Positions 37,902 to 50,858 of a stretch of DNA of 64,000 nucleotides are shown here, one piece after another; within the stretch, counting starts at the first letter, position 1; each line of letters begins with the position of its first letter. The translations under genes were made by a program, and so were the position numbers. Below the pieces are notes generated by a model. It had not been told where the DNA came from. It made no database searches and worked only from the letters and a program-made list of their open reading frames with translations. This stretch comes from Clostridia bacterium (lineage in GTDB: Bacteria; Bacillota; Clostridia; Oscillospirales; CAG-272), in contig JAFVUF010000001.1 in assembly GCA_017502875.1 (NCBI GenBank), forward strand, positions 10,191-74,190. Direction: 5' to 3'.

Positions 37902-38752
37902 TGAAGATAACTAAAACGGACGGCGGAGTAATGATAAGCGGAATAGATTGCTTTTCCGTTATGCAGACCTTTGACTGCGGTCAGTGCTTTCGCTTTGAGG
38001 TAACCGGGAATAAGGCGGAGGGGTACGCCTTCGGTAAAAAAATACAGATTATGCAGATAAGCGACGGGGAGCTGTTTATAAGCCCGTGTGAGCCGGAGGA
38101 GTTCAACTCCGTGTGGATAAGATACCTTTCGCTTGATACCGATTACGAGGGGATACGCAGAGAGCTTTCGGTTACCAGAAAGGGTGATAAATCTCTTGCG
38201 CTCGCTATGGAAACGGGAAAGGGAATAAGGCTTTTAAGGCAGGAGCCTTGGGAAACGCTCTGCTCGTTTATCATTTCGCAAAACAACAATATACCGCGAA
38301 TAAAAAAGATTATAGCCGCGCTTTGTAAGGCGGGAGCTGAGATATCGGGTGGCAGCGAGACGGACTTTCCGTCTCCCGAAACACTTGTGAAAATGGGCGT
38401 GGACGGTCTTTTCGCTCTTAAAACGGGCTTTCGCGCGGCTTATCTTTACGACGCGGCGCATAAGGTGCTTAGTGGAGAGGTTGACCTTGAAGCAGTAAAG
38501 GCAATGCCGACCGAGCAGGCGGCAGGCGAGCTTTGTAAAATAAAGGGCGTAGGTCCGAAGGTCGCCGCGTGCGCTCTGCTTTTCGGCTTTGAAAAATACG
38601 ACGCCTTCCCCATTGACGTGTGGGTGAAAAGGGTTATGGCGGAGTATTACGGTGGCGAGGTCAGCGGAAAGGATTTCGGCGCGTACGCCGGTCTCGCTCA
38701 GCAGTACCTGTTCTACCACAGAAGGTATATTGAGGGCGAAAATGTAAAATAA
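37898..38752 (+). CDS. ogg: 8-oxoguanine DNA glycosylase / HhH-GPD base-excision repair protein (Ogg-type)
   Basis: HhH-GPD block LCKIKGVGPKVAACALLFGFEKYDAFPIDVWVKRV with the catalytic Lys/Asp context. N-terminal OGG_N-like domain. Confidence 0.8.
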   Translation: MMKITKTDGGVMISGIDCFSVMQTFDCGQCFRFEVTGNKAEGYAFGKKIQIMQISDGELFISPCEPEEFNSVWIRYLSLDTDYEGIRRELSVTRKGDKSLALAMETGKGIRLLRQEPWETLCSFIISQNNNIPRIKKIIAALCKAGAEISGGSETDFPSPETLVKMGVDGLFALKTGFRAAYLYDAAHKVLSGEVDLEAVKAMPTEQAAGELCKIKGVGPKVAACALLFGFEKYDAFPIDVWVKRVMAEYYGGEVSGKDFGAYAGLAQQYLFYHRRYIEGENVK

Positions 38753-38784
38753 TATCACTGTAAGTATTAATATTTTAATACCTA

Positions 38785-38813
38785 TTGATTTTTTTGCGTT
38801 TTTGTAGTACAAT
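38785..38813 (+). promoter_or_regulatory. Sigma-A-type promoter for pgi
   Basis: TTGATT-17 nt-TACAAT, 43 nt upstream of the GTG start. Confidence 0.4.
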
Positions 38814-38856
38814 GTAGTTTGATATGAATTAAACTTTACATACGGAGGAAATAAAA

Positions 38857-40197
38857 GTGGCAATAAAGCTTAACGAAAAGTATCTTAAGGGCTTCGTTAC
38901 CGAGGCTGAGCTTGATGAGGTAAAGGCAGATACCGCAAAGGCTATAAAGAGCATTGCGGCAAGAGACGGGGAAGGAAACGACTACCTTGGCTGGATAGAC
39001 CTTCCCGTAAATTACGATAAGGACGAGTTCGCCGCCATAAAGAAGGCGGCGGAAAAGATAAAGAATAGCTGCGATATTTTCGTGGTTATCGGTATCGGAG
39101 GCTCGTATCTTGGCGCAAGAGCCGCTATTGAGTTCATTAAGAGCCCTCTTTACAACAATATGAAAAAGGATACCCCCGACATATATTTTGCGGGTAACGG
39201 ATTAAGCGGAACTGCTCTTGAGGAGCTTCTCGCTATCTGCGAGGGCAAGGATATCTGCGTTAACGTTATCAGTAAATCAGGTACTACAACCGAGCCGGCT
39301 ATCGCTTTCAGAGTTTTCCGTGATCTTCTTGAAAAGAAGTACGGCGAGCAGGGCGCGAAGGAGAGAATTTTCGCCACCACCGATAAGGCTAAGGGAAGCT
39401 TAAAGACACTTGCTACCGAAAAGGGCTACCAGACCTTCGTAGTTCCCGACGACGTGGGAGGACGTTACTCTGTTCTTACTGCCGTTGGGCTTCTTCCGAT
39501 AGCGGTAGCGGGCTGCGATATAGACGCTCTTATGAAGGGCGCCGCGGACGCAAGAGAGGCGTATAACGGCAAGGTAGGCACCGACTGCGAAAGATACGCC
39601 ATTATCCGTAACTGTCTGCACAGAAAGGGTAAGGATATAGAGATACTCGCCTGCTACCAGAGCTTCTTTACAATGACTGCTGAATGGTGGAAGCAGCTTT
39701 ACGGCGAGAGCGAGGGTAAGGACGGGAAGGGTATATATCCCGCTTCCGTTATCTTCTCAACCGACCTTCACAGTATGGGACAGATGATACAGGAGGGTAA
39801 GCGCAATATTTTCGAGACCGTTGTCGATATAAAGAATACGGGCGCGAGCGTTACCGTTCCTTCCGATGAGGCAAATCTTGACGGACTTGGGTTTATCGCG
39901 GGACAGAGCCTTGACAGCGTAAACTTCAAGGCGTTCCAGGCTACCGCGCTCGCTCACTGCGACGGCGGAGTACCCAATATCGTTCTTGAGCTTGACGAAA
40001 AGAGCGAGTACGATTTCGGTTATATGGTATACTTTTTTGAGATGGCTTGCGCCATTTCGGGATATACTCTTGGAGTAAACCCCTTCAATCAGCCCGGCGT
40101 TGAGAGCTATAAGAAAAATATGTACGCTCTTCTCGGTAAGCCCGGCGCTGAAAACGAGGCTCGCCGCGCGGAGCTTCTCGCAAGACTTGAGGGTTAA
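38857..40197 (+). CDS. pgi: Glucose-6-phosphate isomerase
   Basis: A Firmicute-type roughly 450-aa PGI: [35 protein letters not shown] start with RBS GGAGGA. Confidence 0.92.
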   Translation: MAIKLNEKYLKGFVTEAELDEVKADTAKAIKSIAARDGEGNDYLGWIDLPVNYDKDEFAAIKKAAEKIKNSCDIFVVIGIGGSYLGARAAIEFIKSPLYNNMKKDTPDIYFAGNGLSGTALEELLAICEGKDICVNVISKSGTTTEPAIAFRVFRDLLEKKYGEQGAKERIFATTDKAKGSLKTLATEKGYQTFVVPDDVGGRYSVLTAVGLLPIAVAGCDIDALMKGAADAREAYNGKVGTDCERYAIIRNCLHRKGKDIEILACYQSFFTMTAEWWKQLYGESEGKDGKGIYPASVIFSTDLHSMGQMIQEGKRNIFETVVDIKNTGASVTVPSDEANLDGLGFIAGQSLDSVNFKAFQATALAHCDGGVPNIVLELDEKSEYDFGYMVYFFEMACAISGYTLGVNPFNQPGVESYKKNMYALLGKPGAENEARRAELLARLEG

Positions 40198-40209
40198 TTA
40201 AAAATGCGA

Positions 40210-40245
40210 TTAAACCGTTTTCGTTTTGCGAGAACGGTTTAATTT
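40210..40245 (+). terminator. Intrinsic terminator of pgi
   Basis: AAACCGTT...AACGGTTT stem followed by a T-rich tract. Confidence 0.65.
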
Positions 40246-40281
40246 ATCTATACAATTTTCAAAGAAAGGACGGCAGAGTAA

Positions 40282-42252
40282 ATGGAAAATAAGCCCTTTA
40301 AGCTCGTAAGCAAGTTTTCTCCCACGGGCGATCAGCCCGAGGCTATCGACGGGCTGGTTTCTGGACTCAGACAGGGAATGCGAGAGCAGATACTGCTCGG
40401 TGTTACGGGAAGCGGAAAAACGTTTACAATGGCAAACGTTATAGCAAGGGTAAACCGCCCTACTCTCGTCCTTGCTCACAACAAAACTCTCGCCGCCCAG
40501 CTTTGCTCGGAGTTTAAGGAATTCTTCCCCGAAAACGCGGTGGAGTATTTCGTTTCGTATTACGACTACTATCAGCCGGAGGCTTATATTCCGGGCAAGG
40601 ACGTCTATATTGAGAAGGACGCCCTTGTAAACGATGAGATAGACAAGCTTCGTCATAGCGCGACCTCTGCCCTTTTTGAACGCAGAGACGTTATTATAGT
40701 GGCGTCCGTTTCGTGTATTTACAGCCTTGGAGACCCTGCCGAATATAAGGGGCTTATGGTTGATATACGTGTCGGAATGGAGATGGAGCGAAACGAGCTT
40801 CTTTCACGGCTCGTTTCCATAAGCTACGACAGAAACGATATTGCGCTTGAAAGAAATAAATTCAGGGTAAGGGGGGACGTCGTTGAGATTTACCCTTCGG
40901 GCTCTGACGGAGTTATTATAAGAGTTGAATTTTTTGGAGACGAGGTAGACAGGATAAGCGAGATTAATCCCGTAACGGGCGAGGCGCTTCGCGACGTAAG
41001 CTACACCGTTATCTTCCCTGCTACTCACTATGCGGTTTCACCCGAAAAGCGTGAAGCGGCGCTCTCCGTCATTATGGACGAAATGCTTGAAAGAGCAGAA
41101 TATTTTCGCTCGCAGGGAAAGCTTATCGAGGCGCAGAGGATAGAGGAGCGAACGCGATACGATATCGAGATGATGCGAGAGGTCGGTTACTGCTCGGGCG
41201 TTGAGAACTATTCGAGAGTTCTGTCAGGCAGAGAGCCGGGAAGCACGCCGTATACCCTGCTTGATTATTTTCCCGATGATTTTCTGATGATAGTGGACGA
41301 GTCTCACGTTATGCTTCCGCAGGTCAGGGGAATGAGTGGCGGAGACAAAGCAAGAAAGACCAACCTTATTGAGTTCGGCTTTCGTTTGCCGTCCGCGTTT
41401 GATAACCGTCCCCTAAATTACGATGAATTTGACAGCAAGATAAATCAGGTAATATACGTCAGCGCGACACCCGGACCGTATGAAAAGGAGCACGCCGAGC
41501 AGACGGTTGAGCAGCTTATCCGCCCGACAGGGCTTATCGACCCCGAAATCGAGGTGCGTCCCGTAAACGGACAGGTTGACGATATAATGGGCGAGATATT
41601 CGCTCGGGCAGAGCGAAAGGAAAGGGTGCTTGTTACAACTCTTACAAAAAAAATGGCGGAGGACCTAACCGAATTCCTCGCTATGAACGGACTTAAAGTA
41701 AAATATATCCACCATAACGTTGACACGATGGAGAGAATGGAGATTATTAGGAGTCTCCGCTTAGGCGAGTTTGACGCCCTTATCGGAATAAATCTTCTTC
41801 GCGAGGGACTTGACATTCCCGAGGTGTCGCTTGTCGCGATACTTGACGCGGATAAGGAAGGACTTCTTCGCTCCGAAACCTCGCTTATTCAGACGGTAGG
41901 CAGAGCCGCGAGAAACGTAAACGGCAAGGTAATAATGTACGCCGATACGGTAACGCGCTCAATGAAGGCGGCGATAGACGAAACTAACAGACGCCGCTCG
42001 GTTCAGAAGGCGTATAACGAGAAAAACGGCATAGTTCCGAAAACGATAGTCAAGCCCGTTCACGACGTAATAGACCTCGGTAAGAGTGTGAAGGGCGGAA
42101 GCGAAAAGCAGGACAAGAAGCTTTCAAGAGCCGAAAGAGAAAAGCTGATAGCGGAGCTGACGGAGAGAATGAAGGATTGCTCGCGGCGTCTTGAATTTGA
42201 GGCGGCGGCAAAGCTCAGAGACCGCATAGCTCAGCTCAGAACGTATAAGTAA
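40282..42252 (+). CDS. uvrB: Excinuclease ABC subunit B
   Basis: [17 protein letters not shown], the beta-hairpin region, helicase motifs and the C-terminal UVR domain ([12 protein letters not shown]). Confidence 0.96.
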   Translation: MENKPFKLVSKFSPTGDQPEAIDGLVSGLRQGMREQILLGVTGSGKTFTMANVIARVNRPTLVLAHNKTLAAQLCSEFKEFFPENAVEYFVSYYDYYQPEAYIPGKDVYIEKDALVNDEIDKLRHSATSALFERRDVIIVASVSCIYSLGDPAEYKGLMVDIRVGMEMERNELLSRLVSISYDRNDIALERNKFRVRGDVVEIYPSGSDGVIIRVEFFGDEVDRISEINPVTGEALRDVSYTVIFPATHYAVSPEKREAALSVIMDEMLERAEYFRSQGKLIEAQRIEERTRYDIEMMREVGYCSGVENYSRVLSGREPGSTPYTLLDYFPDDFLMIVDESHVMLPQVRGMSGGDKARKTNLIEFGFRLPSAFDNRPLNYDEFDSKINQVIYVSATPGPYEKEHAEQTVEQLIRPTGLIDPEIEVRPVNGQVDDIMGEIFARAERKERVLVTTLTKKMAEDLTEFLAMNGLKVKYIHHNVDTMERMEIIRSLRLGEFDALIGINLLREGLDIPEVSLVAILDADKEGLLRSETSLIQTVGRAARNVNGKVIMYADTVTRSMKAAIDETNRRRSVQKAYNEKNGIVPKTIVKPVHDVIDLGKSVKGGSEKQDKKLSRAEREKLIAELTERMKDCSRRLEFEAAAKLRDRIAQLRTYK

Positions 42253-42265
42253 AAGGAAAAAACAA

Positions 42266-45088
42266 ATGGCATCATTTATAGATATAGTCGGCGCAAGAGC
42301 CAACAATTTAAAGAACGTAAGCGTAAGGATACCAAGAGACAAGCTCGTGGTGTTCACGGGACTTTCCGGCTCCGGCAAATCCTCGCTTGCCTTTGATACA
42401 ATATACGCGGAGGGACACAGACGCTTTGTCGAGTCGCTCTCGTCATACGCCAGAATGTTCCTCGGTCAGATGGATAAGCCCGAGGTAGACTCTATCGAGG
42501 GACTTTCCCCCGCGATTTCGATAGACCAGAAAACAACGTCAAAAAACCCTCGAAGCACCGTCGGAACGGTTACGGAGATATACGATTATCTTCGTTTGCT
42601 TTATGCCAGAGTCGGAGTTCCGCATTGTCCCGTTTGCCATAAGGCGATACGCCGTCAGTCCACCGACCAGATAATAGATAAAATAATGTCTTTGCCCATA
42701 GGCACGAAATTTATGGTCCTTGCGCCTGTTGTCAGAGCAAAAAAGGGTCAGCATGAAAAGGTCTTTGAGCAGGCGAGAAAAAGCGGCTTCGTGCGAGTCA
42801 GGGTAGACGGTATACTGTACGAGCTTACGGAGAGCATAGAGCTTGAAAAGAACAGTAAGCATACGGTTGAGATAGTGGTTGACCGTCTTGTGCTTAAAAA
42901 GGATATACGCACACGCCTTGCGGATTCCGTTGAGACGGCGCTTGCTCAGGCGGACGGGAATCTTAACATCTCCGTTCTCGGTAACGAGCCTGCCGAGCTA
43001 TCCTTTTCGCAGAACTACGCCTGTGAGGAGCATAATATAAGCTTTGGAGAGCTTGAGCCGAGAATGTTTTCCTTCAATAACCCGATGGGAGCGTGTCCTG
43101 TCTGCGCGGGGCTGGGCGAGACCTCGGTCATCTCACCCGCAAAGATAATTCCGAATATGAATCTGTCGCTCAGAGAGGGAGCTATTGCGGTAAACGGCTT
43201 CAAGACCTTAGACGAAACCACCTATGCGGGTCCGCTTTTCGAGGCTGCGGGCGAGGTGGCAGGCTTTGATTTCGATAAGAAGCTAAAGGATTATTCCCCC
43301 GAAGCCTTAAACGCCCTGCTTTTCGGTACAGGCGACAGAAAATACGATATTGTGCGAGCCTTCGACGGCAAGCTTCGTCAGCAGCATATCACCTTCGACG
43401 GCGTATGCAATATGATACAGCAGAGAAAAAATATGTGGAAGGACGAGTATTACTCGCAGTTTTACGACGAAGCTCCCTGCGCCGCTTGCGGAGGCAAGCG
43501 CTTAAAGCCTGAGATACTCTCCGTTACGGTAGGTGAAAAGAGTATTGACGATTTCTGTAAAATGTCGGTTGTCAACGCTCTTGATTTTGTAAATTCACTC
43601 ACCTTTGACGGCGCGGAGCTTAAAATATCCACAGAGATATTAAAGGAAGTAAGAAGCCGTTTGGGCTTCCTCAAAAACGTAGGGCTTGAATACCTTTCGC
43701 TTTCGAGAAAGGCAGGTACTCTTTCCGGTGGAGAAGCGCAGCGTATAAGGCTCGCTACACAGATAGGCTCGTCGCTTATGGGTGTTCTCTACATTCTTGA
43801 CGAGCCGAGCATAGGACTGCACCAGAGGGATAACGGAAAGCTTATCGCTACCCTGAAATCTCTGCGCGATCTCGGAAACAGCCTTATCGTCGTAGAGCAC
43901 GACGAGGAGACAATGAACGAGGCGGACTATATCGTTGATATCGGTCCCGGCGCGGGAATACACGGCGGACACGTCGTAGCCTGCGGTACTCCCGAGGAGA
44001 TAAAAAATCACGAAAGCTCGGTTACGGGTGCGTTCCTTTCGGGCAGAAGGCGTATCGCCGTACCGAAGCAGAGGCGTGGGGGTACGGGAAAATTCCTTAC
44101 GGTAGTAGGCGCAAGGGAAAATAACCTTAAAAACGTCAACGTCGATTTTCCTATCGGCGCGTTCACCTGTGTTACGGGTGTTTCGGGCTCGGGAAAATCC
44201 TCGCTTGTGAACGGAATACTGTATCAGGTGCTGGCAAGGGAGCTTAACGGAGCGTATACCTATGCGGGCAAGCACGATGAGGTAAGAGGACTTTCCGAGC
44301 TTGATAAGGTTATTGATATTGACCAGAGCCCGATAGGCAGAACTCCCCGAAGCAACCCCGCTACCTATACGGGACTTTTTACCGAGATAAGAGACCTTTA
44401 CGCAAAAACCCCCGACGCCAAGATGAGAGGCTATAAGGCGGGACGTTTTTCCTTTAACGTAAGCGGCGGTCGCTGCGAGGCGTGCGAGGGCGACGGAGTA
44501 AAGAAGATAGAAATGCACTTTTTGCCAGACGTTTACGTTACGTGCGACGTATGTAAGGGTAAGCGCTATAACCACGATACCCTTGAATGTAAATACAAGG
44601 GCAAGAGCATATCCGACGTGCTTGAAATGACTGTTGAGGAGGGCAGAAGCTTCTTTTCCGAGCTTCCGAGGCTGAAAAGAAAGCTGGACACCCTTTACGA
44701 CGTGGGGCTTGGATATATAAAGATAGGACAGTCCTCGACAACGCTTTCGGGCGGTGAGGCGCAGAGAGTCAAGCTTGCTACCGAGCTTTCAAAGCGCGCT
44801 ACGGGTAAGACGGTCTATATCCTCGACGAGCCTACCACGGGACTTCACACGGCGGACGTTGAGAAGCTTATCGAGGTGCTTCAGCGTCTGGTCGATACGG
44901 GCAACACGGTCATAGTTATAGAGCATAATCTTGAAATGATAAAGACCGCGGACTATATCGTTGATATGGGTCCGGAGGGCGGAGACGGCGGCGGAACTGT
45001 GGTAGCTACGGGTACTCCCGAGCAGATAGCCGAAAGCAAGGACTCTTTTACAGGTCAATATCTTAAAAAAATACTTTCGGAAGGCTGA
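42266..45088 (+). CDS. uvrA: Excinuclease ABC subunit A
   Basis: GARANNLKN, two ABC modules ([20 protein letters not shown]), zinc-finger Cys clusters and LSGGEAQR signatures. Confidence 0.96.
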   Translation: MASFIDIVGARANNLKNVSVRIPRDKLVVFTGLSGSGKSSLAFDTIYAEGHRRFVESLSSYARMFLGQMDKPEVDSIEGLSPAISIDQKTTSKNPRSTVGTVTEIYDYLRLLYARVGVPHCPVCHKAIRRQSTDQIIDKIMSLPIGTKFMVLAPVVRAKKGQHEKVFEQARKSGFVRVRVDGILYELTESIELEKNSKHTVEIVVDRLVLKKDIRTRLADSVETALAQADGNLNISVLGNEPAELSFSQNYACEEHNISFGELEPRMFSFNNPMGACPVCAGLGETSVISPAKIIPNMNLSLREGAIAVNGFKTLDETTYAGPLFEAAGEVAGFDFDKKLKDYSPEALNALLFGTGDRKYDIVRAFDGKLRQQHITFDGVCNMIQQRKNMWKDEYYSQFYDEAPCAACGGKRLKPEILSVTVGEKSIDDFCKMSVVNALDFVNSLTFDGAELKISTEILKEVRSRLGFLKNVGLEYLSLSRKAGTLSGGEAQRIRLATQIGSSLMGVLYILDEPSIGLHQRDNGKLIATLKSLRDLGNSLIVVEHDEETMNEADYIVDIGPGAGIHGGHVVACGTPEEIKNHESSVTGAFLSGRRRIAVPKQRRGGTGKFLTVVGARENNLKNVNVDFPIGAFTCVTGVSGSGKSSLVNGILYQVLARELNGAYTYAGKHDEVRGLSELDKVIDIDQSPIGRTPRSNPATYTGLFTEIRDLYAKTPDAKMRGYKAGRFSFNVSGGRCEACEGDGVKKIEMHFLPDVYVTCDVCKGKRYNHDTLECKYKGKSISDVLEMTVEEGRSFFSELPRLKRKLDTLYDVGLGYIKIGQSSTTLSGGEAQRVKLATELSKRATGKTVYILDEPTTGLHTADVEKLIEVLQRLVDTGNTVIVIEHNLEMIKTADYIVDMGPEGGDGGGTVVATGTPEQIAESKDSFTGQYLKKILSEG

Positions 45089-45090
45089 AA

Positions 45091-46716
45091 ATGTCAAAAG
45101 CTTTAATTTATCTCAAATTCTTTATATGCGGCATAGCTGTTTCGATTCCGTACGTTTTTCCGAGATTTTGGATTTTGGCGTATATTACGCTTGTGCCTTT
45201 TGTTTATATGCTTATAGGACATACCGAGAGCTTTAATAAAAGAAAGGCGTATCTTGTCGGACTGTGCTTCGGAATGGGATATTTCGGCGTAATGTATCAT
45301 TGGTTTACAGAGTTCTACCCGATGGAATTCGCGAGTGTTACCAAAGGAACGGCGGCTCTGCTCGTTGCCACCTGCTGGATTGGACTTGCTCTCGTTCAGG
45401 CGCTTGAATTCGGCTTCGTAACGCTTGTATACCGCCTCCTTAACCCTAAAAAAGAAAAACCGCTGATATGCGCTTTTGTTATAACGGCGATATGGGTGGT
45501 ATTTGAGTGGCAGCAGAATCTGTTTTGGCGTGGAGTGCCTTGGGCAAGGCTCGCTATTACTCAGGTTGAGGCTCCGTTTGTGCTGCAAAGCGCCTCCTTG
45601 CTTGGCGGTCAGTTCGTTAGCGGGCTTATAGTTATGATAAACGCCCTGCTTGCGATAGCGGCAAGATACGCAGTTGAAAAGCTTGACGGAATGGGTATAA
45701 AAGCGATTACGGGTGCGCTCAAAAACAAAAAAACGGCAATACTTGCGTCTGTCGCTATCGGACTTTTCGCTATAAATTCCCTGTTCGGCGCAGTCAGACT
45801 GCTTACGTACGACGCCGAAACAAACAAACCGATAAAGGCAGCGGCAATACAGGGTAATCTCTCCTCGCTTGACAAATGGAGCGCCTCTCCCGCGAAATCA
45901 CTTAACGTCTACCTTGAACTTACCAAGAAATGCGTAAAGGAAACGGGCGCCAAGCTGGTGGTGTGGCCTGAATCGGTTATACCGATAACCCTGAGCGCTT
46001 ATCCGACTTTTACGGACAGAATAGCCGAATGCGCGGACGAGCTTGATATTACGCTGCTCGTGGGCGCGTTTGACAGAGCGAAAGCAACGGAGGACGAATA
46101 TAACACAATGTATCTTTTCTCAGCCGACGGAGAGCTTTCGAAGGAGCGTTATCATAAGCGGAGATTAGTACCCTTCGGGGAATACACTCCGATGGAAAAG
46201 CTTGTACTTACTGTACTTCCCGTGCTTGACACCTTCAATATCTTCAACGATCCGCTATCTCCCGGCGAAAACGCAACCGTATTCAAAACGGGCGTTGGCG
46301 AAAGCGAGGTCGGAATAGGTCCGCTTATCTGCTTTGATTCCATTTACGATTATCTTTCGGCGTCCACCGTCAAAAACGGCGCGGAAATCATAACGCTTTC
46401 CACAAACGATTCGTGGTTTTCCGATTCTCCTGCGGTCTGGCAGCATAACAGTCATGCCGTGCTCCGCGCGATAGAGACGGACAGATATATAGTCCGCGCG
46501 GCAACCACGGGAGTTTCAACCGTTATCTCGCCTACGGGTGAGGTGATAGCGCAGATTGAGCCGCTTTCCGAGGGATATTGCGTAGCCGATATCTATGCGC
46601 AAAATACAAGAACCGTTTATAGCTATATAGGTAACGTTTTCGTATATATCTGTATAGGATTTATCGCTTTTACGGCTTCATATAAGATTACCGAAAGAAT
46701 TAAAAAATCCAAATAA
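45091..46716 (+). CDS. lnt: Apolipoprotein N-acyltransferase-like protein (Lnt; polytopic N-terminus plus CN-hydrolase domain)
   Basis: About 7 TM helices followed by a CN-hydrolase domain with E (VVWPESVIP), K (YHKRRLVPFGEY) and C (PLICFDSIY). It starts 2 nt after the uvrA stop. Confidence 0.8.
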   Translation: MSKALIYLKFFICGIAVSIPYVFPRFWILAYITLVPFVYMLIGHTESFNKRKAYLVGLCFGMGYFGVMYHWFTEFYPMEFASVTKGTAALLVATCWIGLALVQALEFGFVTLVYRLLNPKKEKPLICAFVITAIWVVFEWQQNLFWRGVPWARLAITQVEAPFVLQSASLLGGQFVSGLIVMINALLAIAARYAVEKLDGMGIKAITGALKNKKTAILASVAIGLFAINSLFGAVRLLTYDAETNKPIKAAAIQGNLSSLDKWSASPAKSLNVYLELTKKCVKETGAKLVVWPESVIPITLSAYPTFTDRIAECADELDITLLVGAFDRAKATEDEYNTMYLFSADGELSKERYHKRRLVPFGEYTPMEKLVLTVLPVLDTFNIFNDPLSPGENATVFKTGVGESEVGIGPLICFDSIYDYLSASTVKNGAEIITLSTNDSWFSDSPAVWQHNSHAVLRAIETDRYIVRAATTGVSTVISPTGEVIAQIEPLSEGYCVADIYAQNTRTVYSYIGNVFVYICIGFIAFTASYKITERIKKSK

Positions 46717-46719
46717 AAC

Positions 46720-46757
46720 AACCGCCCTTGACCGAACAGGTCAAGGGCGGTATTTTG
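46720..46757 (+). terminator. Intrinsic terminator after lnt
   Basis: An 11-bp stem CCGCCCTTGAC/GTCAAGGGCGG followed by TATTTTG. Confidence 0.75.
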
Positions 46758-46777
46758 ATTATTAAGGTTTTATCTGG

Positions 46778-46835
46778 GAGAAAAAACAAAAGTATCCCTT
46801 TACGCCGTTGCCTTAGTGGTAGCGGCGTAAAGGGA
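46778..46835 (-). terminator. Intrinsic terminator of dnaK
   Basis: A 13-bp stem TCCCTTTACGCCG/CGGCGTAAAGGGA, followed on the minus strand by TACTTTTGTTTTTTC. Confidence 0.75.
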
Positions 46836-46872
46836 GTTCTTTGCGCAGCTTTCTTTCAAGAAAGCGCGTATT

Positions 46873-48702
<1,830 letters not shown>

Positions 48703-48761
48703 CTAAAGCAAATTTGCTTTTATATGATAATTTTATTATTTTCCCATTTAATTATGACGGC

Positions 48762-49334
48762 TTAAGACACAACCGATACCATAGTGTATCTGTATACCTT
48801 GTCGCCCTTTTTGTAGCCCTTGCGCAGCACCATAGCTATGCTTCCCGACGGAAGCTCGGGGTTTTCCGCGCTCATTACCGCGTTGTGAAGCTCGGGGTTA
48901 AATTCTCCGCCTACCTCAGCCGGTATTTCCTCAATTCCGAGTTTTGTAAGCGTGTCCTTAAACTGACCGAGAGTCATTTTTACACCCTCGGCAACCTTAT
49001 CGCCGCTCATTCCCGACGCCATTTCAAGAGTGTCAACGATGGGGAGAATTTCGGTGAGCGCGTTTCCGTAGGCGTCGGAGTAGATACCTTCCTTTTCCTT
49101 TGCGGTGCGCTTTCTGAAATTGTCATATTCGGCGAGGAGCCGTAAATATTTATCCTCGGATTCCTTTAAAGCCGCCTCTGCTTTTTCAGCGGCTTCCTTA
49201 TATTTTAGAAGCTCCGCTTCAAGCTCGCGTTCCTTTTTCTTCTTTTTTCCGTCCTTTTCGGGCCTTTCCGATGTCTCGGCAGCCTCGCTATCGAGAGCTT
49301 CCTCGGAGACGGTGTCCTTGATTTCGTCTGACAT
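48762..49334 (-). CDS. grpE: Nucleotide exchange factor GrpE
   Basis: An acidic N-terminus, a coiled coil (LRLLAEYDNFRKRTAKE) and a C-terminal beta domain. It sits between hrcA and dnaK. Confidence 0.92.
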   Translation of the reverse strand: MSDEIKDTVSEEALDSEAAETSERPEKDGKKKKKERELEAELLKYKEAAEKAEAALKESEDKYLRLLAEYDNFRKRTAKEKEGIYSDAYGNALTEILPIVDTLEMASGMSGDKVAEGVKMTLGQFKDTLTKLGIEEIPAEVGGEFNPELHNAVMSAENPELPSGSIAMVLRKGYKKGDKVYRYTMVSVVS

Positions 49335-49340
49335 TATACC

Positions 49341-50393
49341 TTAATCCTTTCGGTAGTTGTTATTATCGCTTTTGATTGCGTCCTTTATCTTGTCGGTCAG
49401 ATAGTCAACGGTGGAAATGACCTTCGGATAGTCCATTCTGTTCGGACCTATGACGCCTATCGCCGCTACGGGACGGTCGTTTTCAGTTACCGTCTTAAAC
49501 ACGAGCGACGTGCCTTTCAGTGTTTCGTTTTCTCCCTCGGGGCTTATATAAACGTTAACCGCGTCGTTTTGCGAGGCGGAAACGACGTTTAAAATGTAAT
49601 CCTTCTTTTCAAGCACTCCGAGCAGACCCTTGACGTTTTCAAGATTAGAGTATTCGGGATATTTGAGCATCTTGTTCATGCCCTCAACCCTCAGCTCTCC
49701 GCCGTTTAACGTGCCGATTTCCTCCATAAAGGCTCTCATTATGGGAATAAGCAGCGGAGCCAGCACTGAAAGCTCCTTCTCCATTTCCGAAACGAGCGAG
49801 GGGGTTACGTCCTCGACGCTGACACCCGTTAAATGCTCGTTTAACGCTGTTTCAAGCTTAAAGGACATATCCTCGCTTATCTTGAAGCCCATCTCGATAA
49901 ATCGGGTTTTTACTATGCCCACGGAGGTCTGCATTATCATCAGAACGCCGTAATCGTTCATCGGAAGAAGCTTGTAGCTCATAACAAGCACCCGTCTGTG
50001 CCGCGGCTTAACGGCAAGAGCCGTGTAGTCCGTGAGTCTTGAAACGGTTTCCGCCGCACCCTTTAAGAGCGTGTCTATACCGACGAGCTGGGTTGAGGCG
50101 GTGCTGTCAAGCTGAGCCTTTTCTTCATTTGAAAGAGAGTAGCCGTTCATAAGCGAGTTGACGTATAAGCGATAACCCTTTCCCGACGGCACTCTGCCGG
50201 CTGAGGTGTGGGGCTGCTCAAGGTAACCGAGCCTTTCAAGCTCGCTCATAACGTTTCGTATGGTAGCCGATGATAGCGAAACGGGAAGCTCCTGCGCGAG
50301 CAGCTTTGAGCCGACAGGCTCACCGCTATCCACGTGGGCGTCGATTATTGCTTTCAGTATCATTCGCTGACGCTCTGTGAGCTCTGAATACAT
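49341..50393 (-). CDS. hrcA: Heat-inducible transcription repressor HrcA
   Basis: N-terminal wHTH (LTERQRMILKAIIDAHVDSGEPVGSKLL) and an HrcA C-domain, with a CIRCE element upstream. Confidence 0.93.
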   Translation of the reverse strand: MYSELTERQRMILKAIIDAHVDSGEPVGSKLLAQELPVSLSSATIRNVMSELERLGYLEQPHTSAGRVPSGKGYRLYVNSLMNGYSLSNEEKAQLDSTASTQLVGIDTLLKGAAETVSRLTDYTALAVKPRHRRVLVMSYKLLPMNDYGVLMIMQTSVGIVKTRFIEMGFKISEDMSFKLETALNEHLTGVSVEDVTPSLVSEMEKELSVLAPLLIPIMRAFMEEIGTLNGGELRVEGMNKMLKYPEYSNLENVKGLLGVLEKKDYILNVVSASQNDAVNVYISPEGENETLKGTSLVFKTVTENDRPVAAIGVIGPNRMDYPKVISTVDYLTDKIKDAIKSDNNNYRKD

Positions 50394-50418
50394 TGCTTTC
50401 GACTCCCCTTTTAAAATT

Positions 50419-50445
50419 TTAGCACTTAAACCCCAAGAGTGCTAA
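50419..50445 (-). promoter_or_regulatory. CIRCE operator (HrcA binding site)
   Basis: TTAGCACTT-N9-GAGTGCTAA matches the consensus TTAGCACTC-N9-GAGTGCTAA at 17/18 positions. It lies 26 nt upstream of the hrcA ATG. Confidence 0.9.
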
Positions 50446-50560
50446 CGATATGATTTTACCATTATTATGCGCACTTTTAAAGGATTAAAAAAAAACATTC
50501 TGTTAACAATCGTTTAACGGGGGTTCGCATAGGTATGTTTTTCTCGCTTAACCGATAACT

Positions 50561-50779
50561 TTAAAATATAATAAGCCGTTTACAAGTTGCGCAAGGCTTA
50601 GTTATCACAGTTAATTGTAGATGATTATAGTCATATTTCTCCATTATTACTATATTCGACACGGATACAGGATTTTTAAAAACAATGCGGTTTTTCTTTA
50701 TATACGTAAATTTGACGCCGTTATACGTTTTCTGAATTATATAGCCGATTAAAAATGCAATGAATAGATATAAAAACAT
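50561..50779 (-). CDS. Hypothetical small single-pass membrane protein (72 aa; possibly 113 aa from GTG 50902)
   Basis: The N-terminal TM helix MFLYLFIAFLIGYIIQ is followed by about 50 aa containing a CxxC. There is no convincing RBS and the region is AT-rich, so coding status is doubtful. Confidence 0.3.
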   Translation of the reverse strand: MFLYLFIAFLIGYIIQKTYNGVKFTYIKKNRIVFKNPVSVSNIVIMEKYDYNHLQLTVITKPCATCKRLIIF

Positions 50780-50823
50780 TTTTGCGATAAGTTTAGATTT
50801 TTTGATTTTCTTCGGTTCTCTTA

Positions 50824-50852
50824 TTGACTTTTTTGGTTTAATGGTGTATAAT
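50824..50852 (+). promoter_or_regulatory. Near-consensus promoter, twin module 1
   Basis: TTGACT-17 nt (ending TG)-TATAAT. The roughly 25 nt upstream of the -35 are also conserved with module 2. Confidence 0.5.
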
Positions 50853-50858
50853 ACACTC

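Noticed and set aside
38234-38863. 209-aa minus-strand ORF spanning the ogg 3' half and the pgi promoter
   Set aside because: It is antisense to the HhH-GPD domain and runs across an obvious plus-strand promoter. It is a shadow ORF.
43640-44575. 311-aa minus-strand ORF inside uvrA
   Set aside because: It is fully antisense to a gene with unmistakable UvrA motifs. Its translation is Arg/Ser/Leu-rich low-complexity sequence with no motifs and no RBS context. This is a typical shadow ORF.
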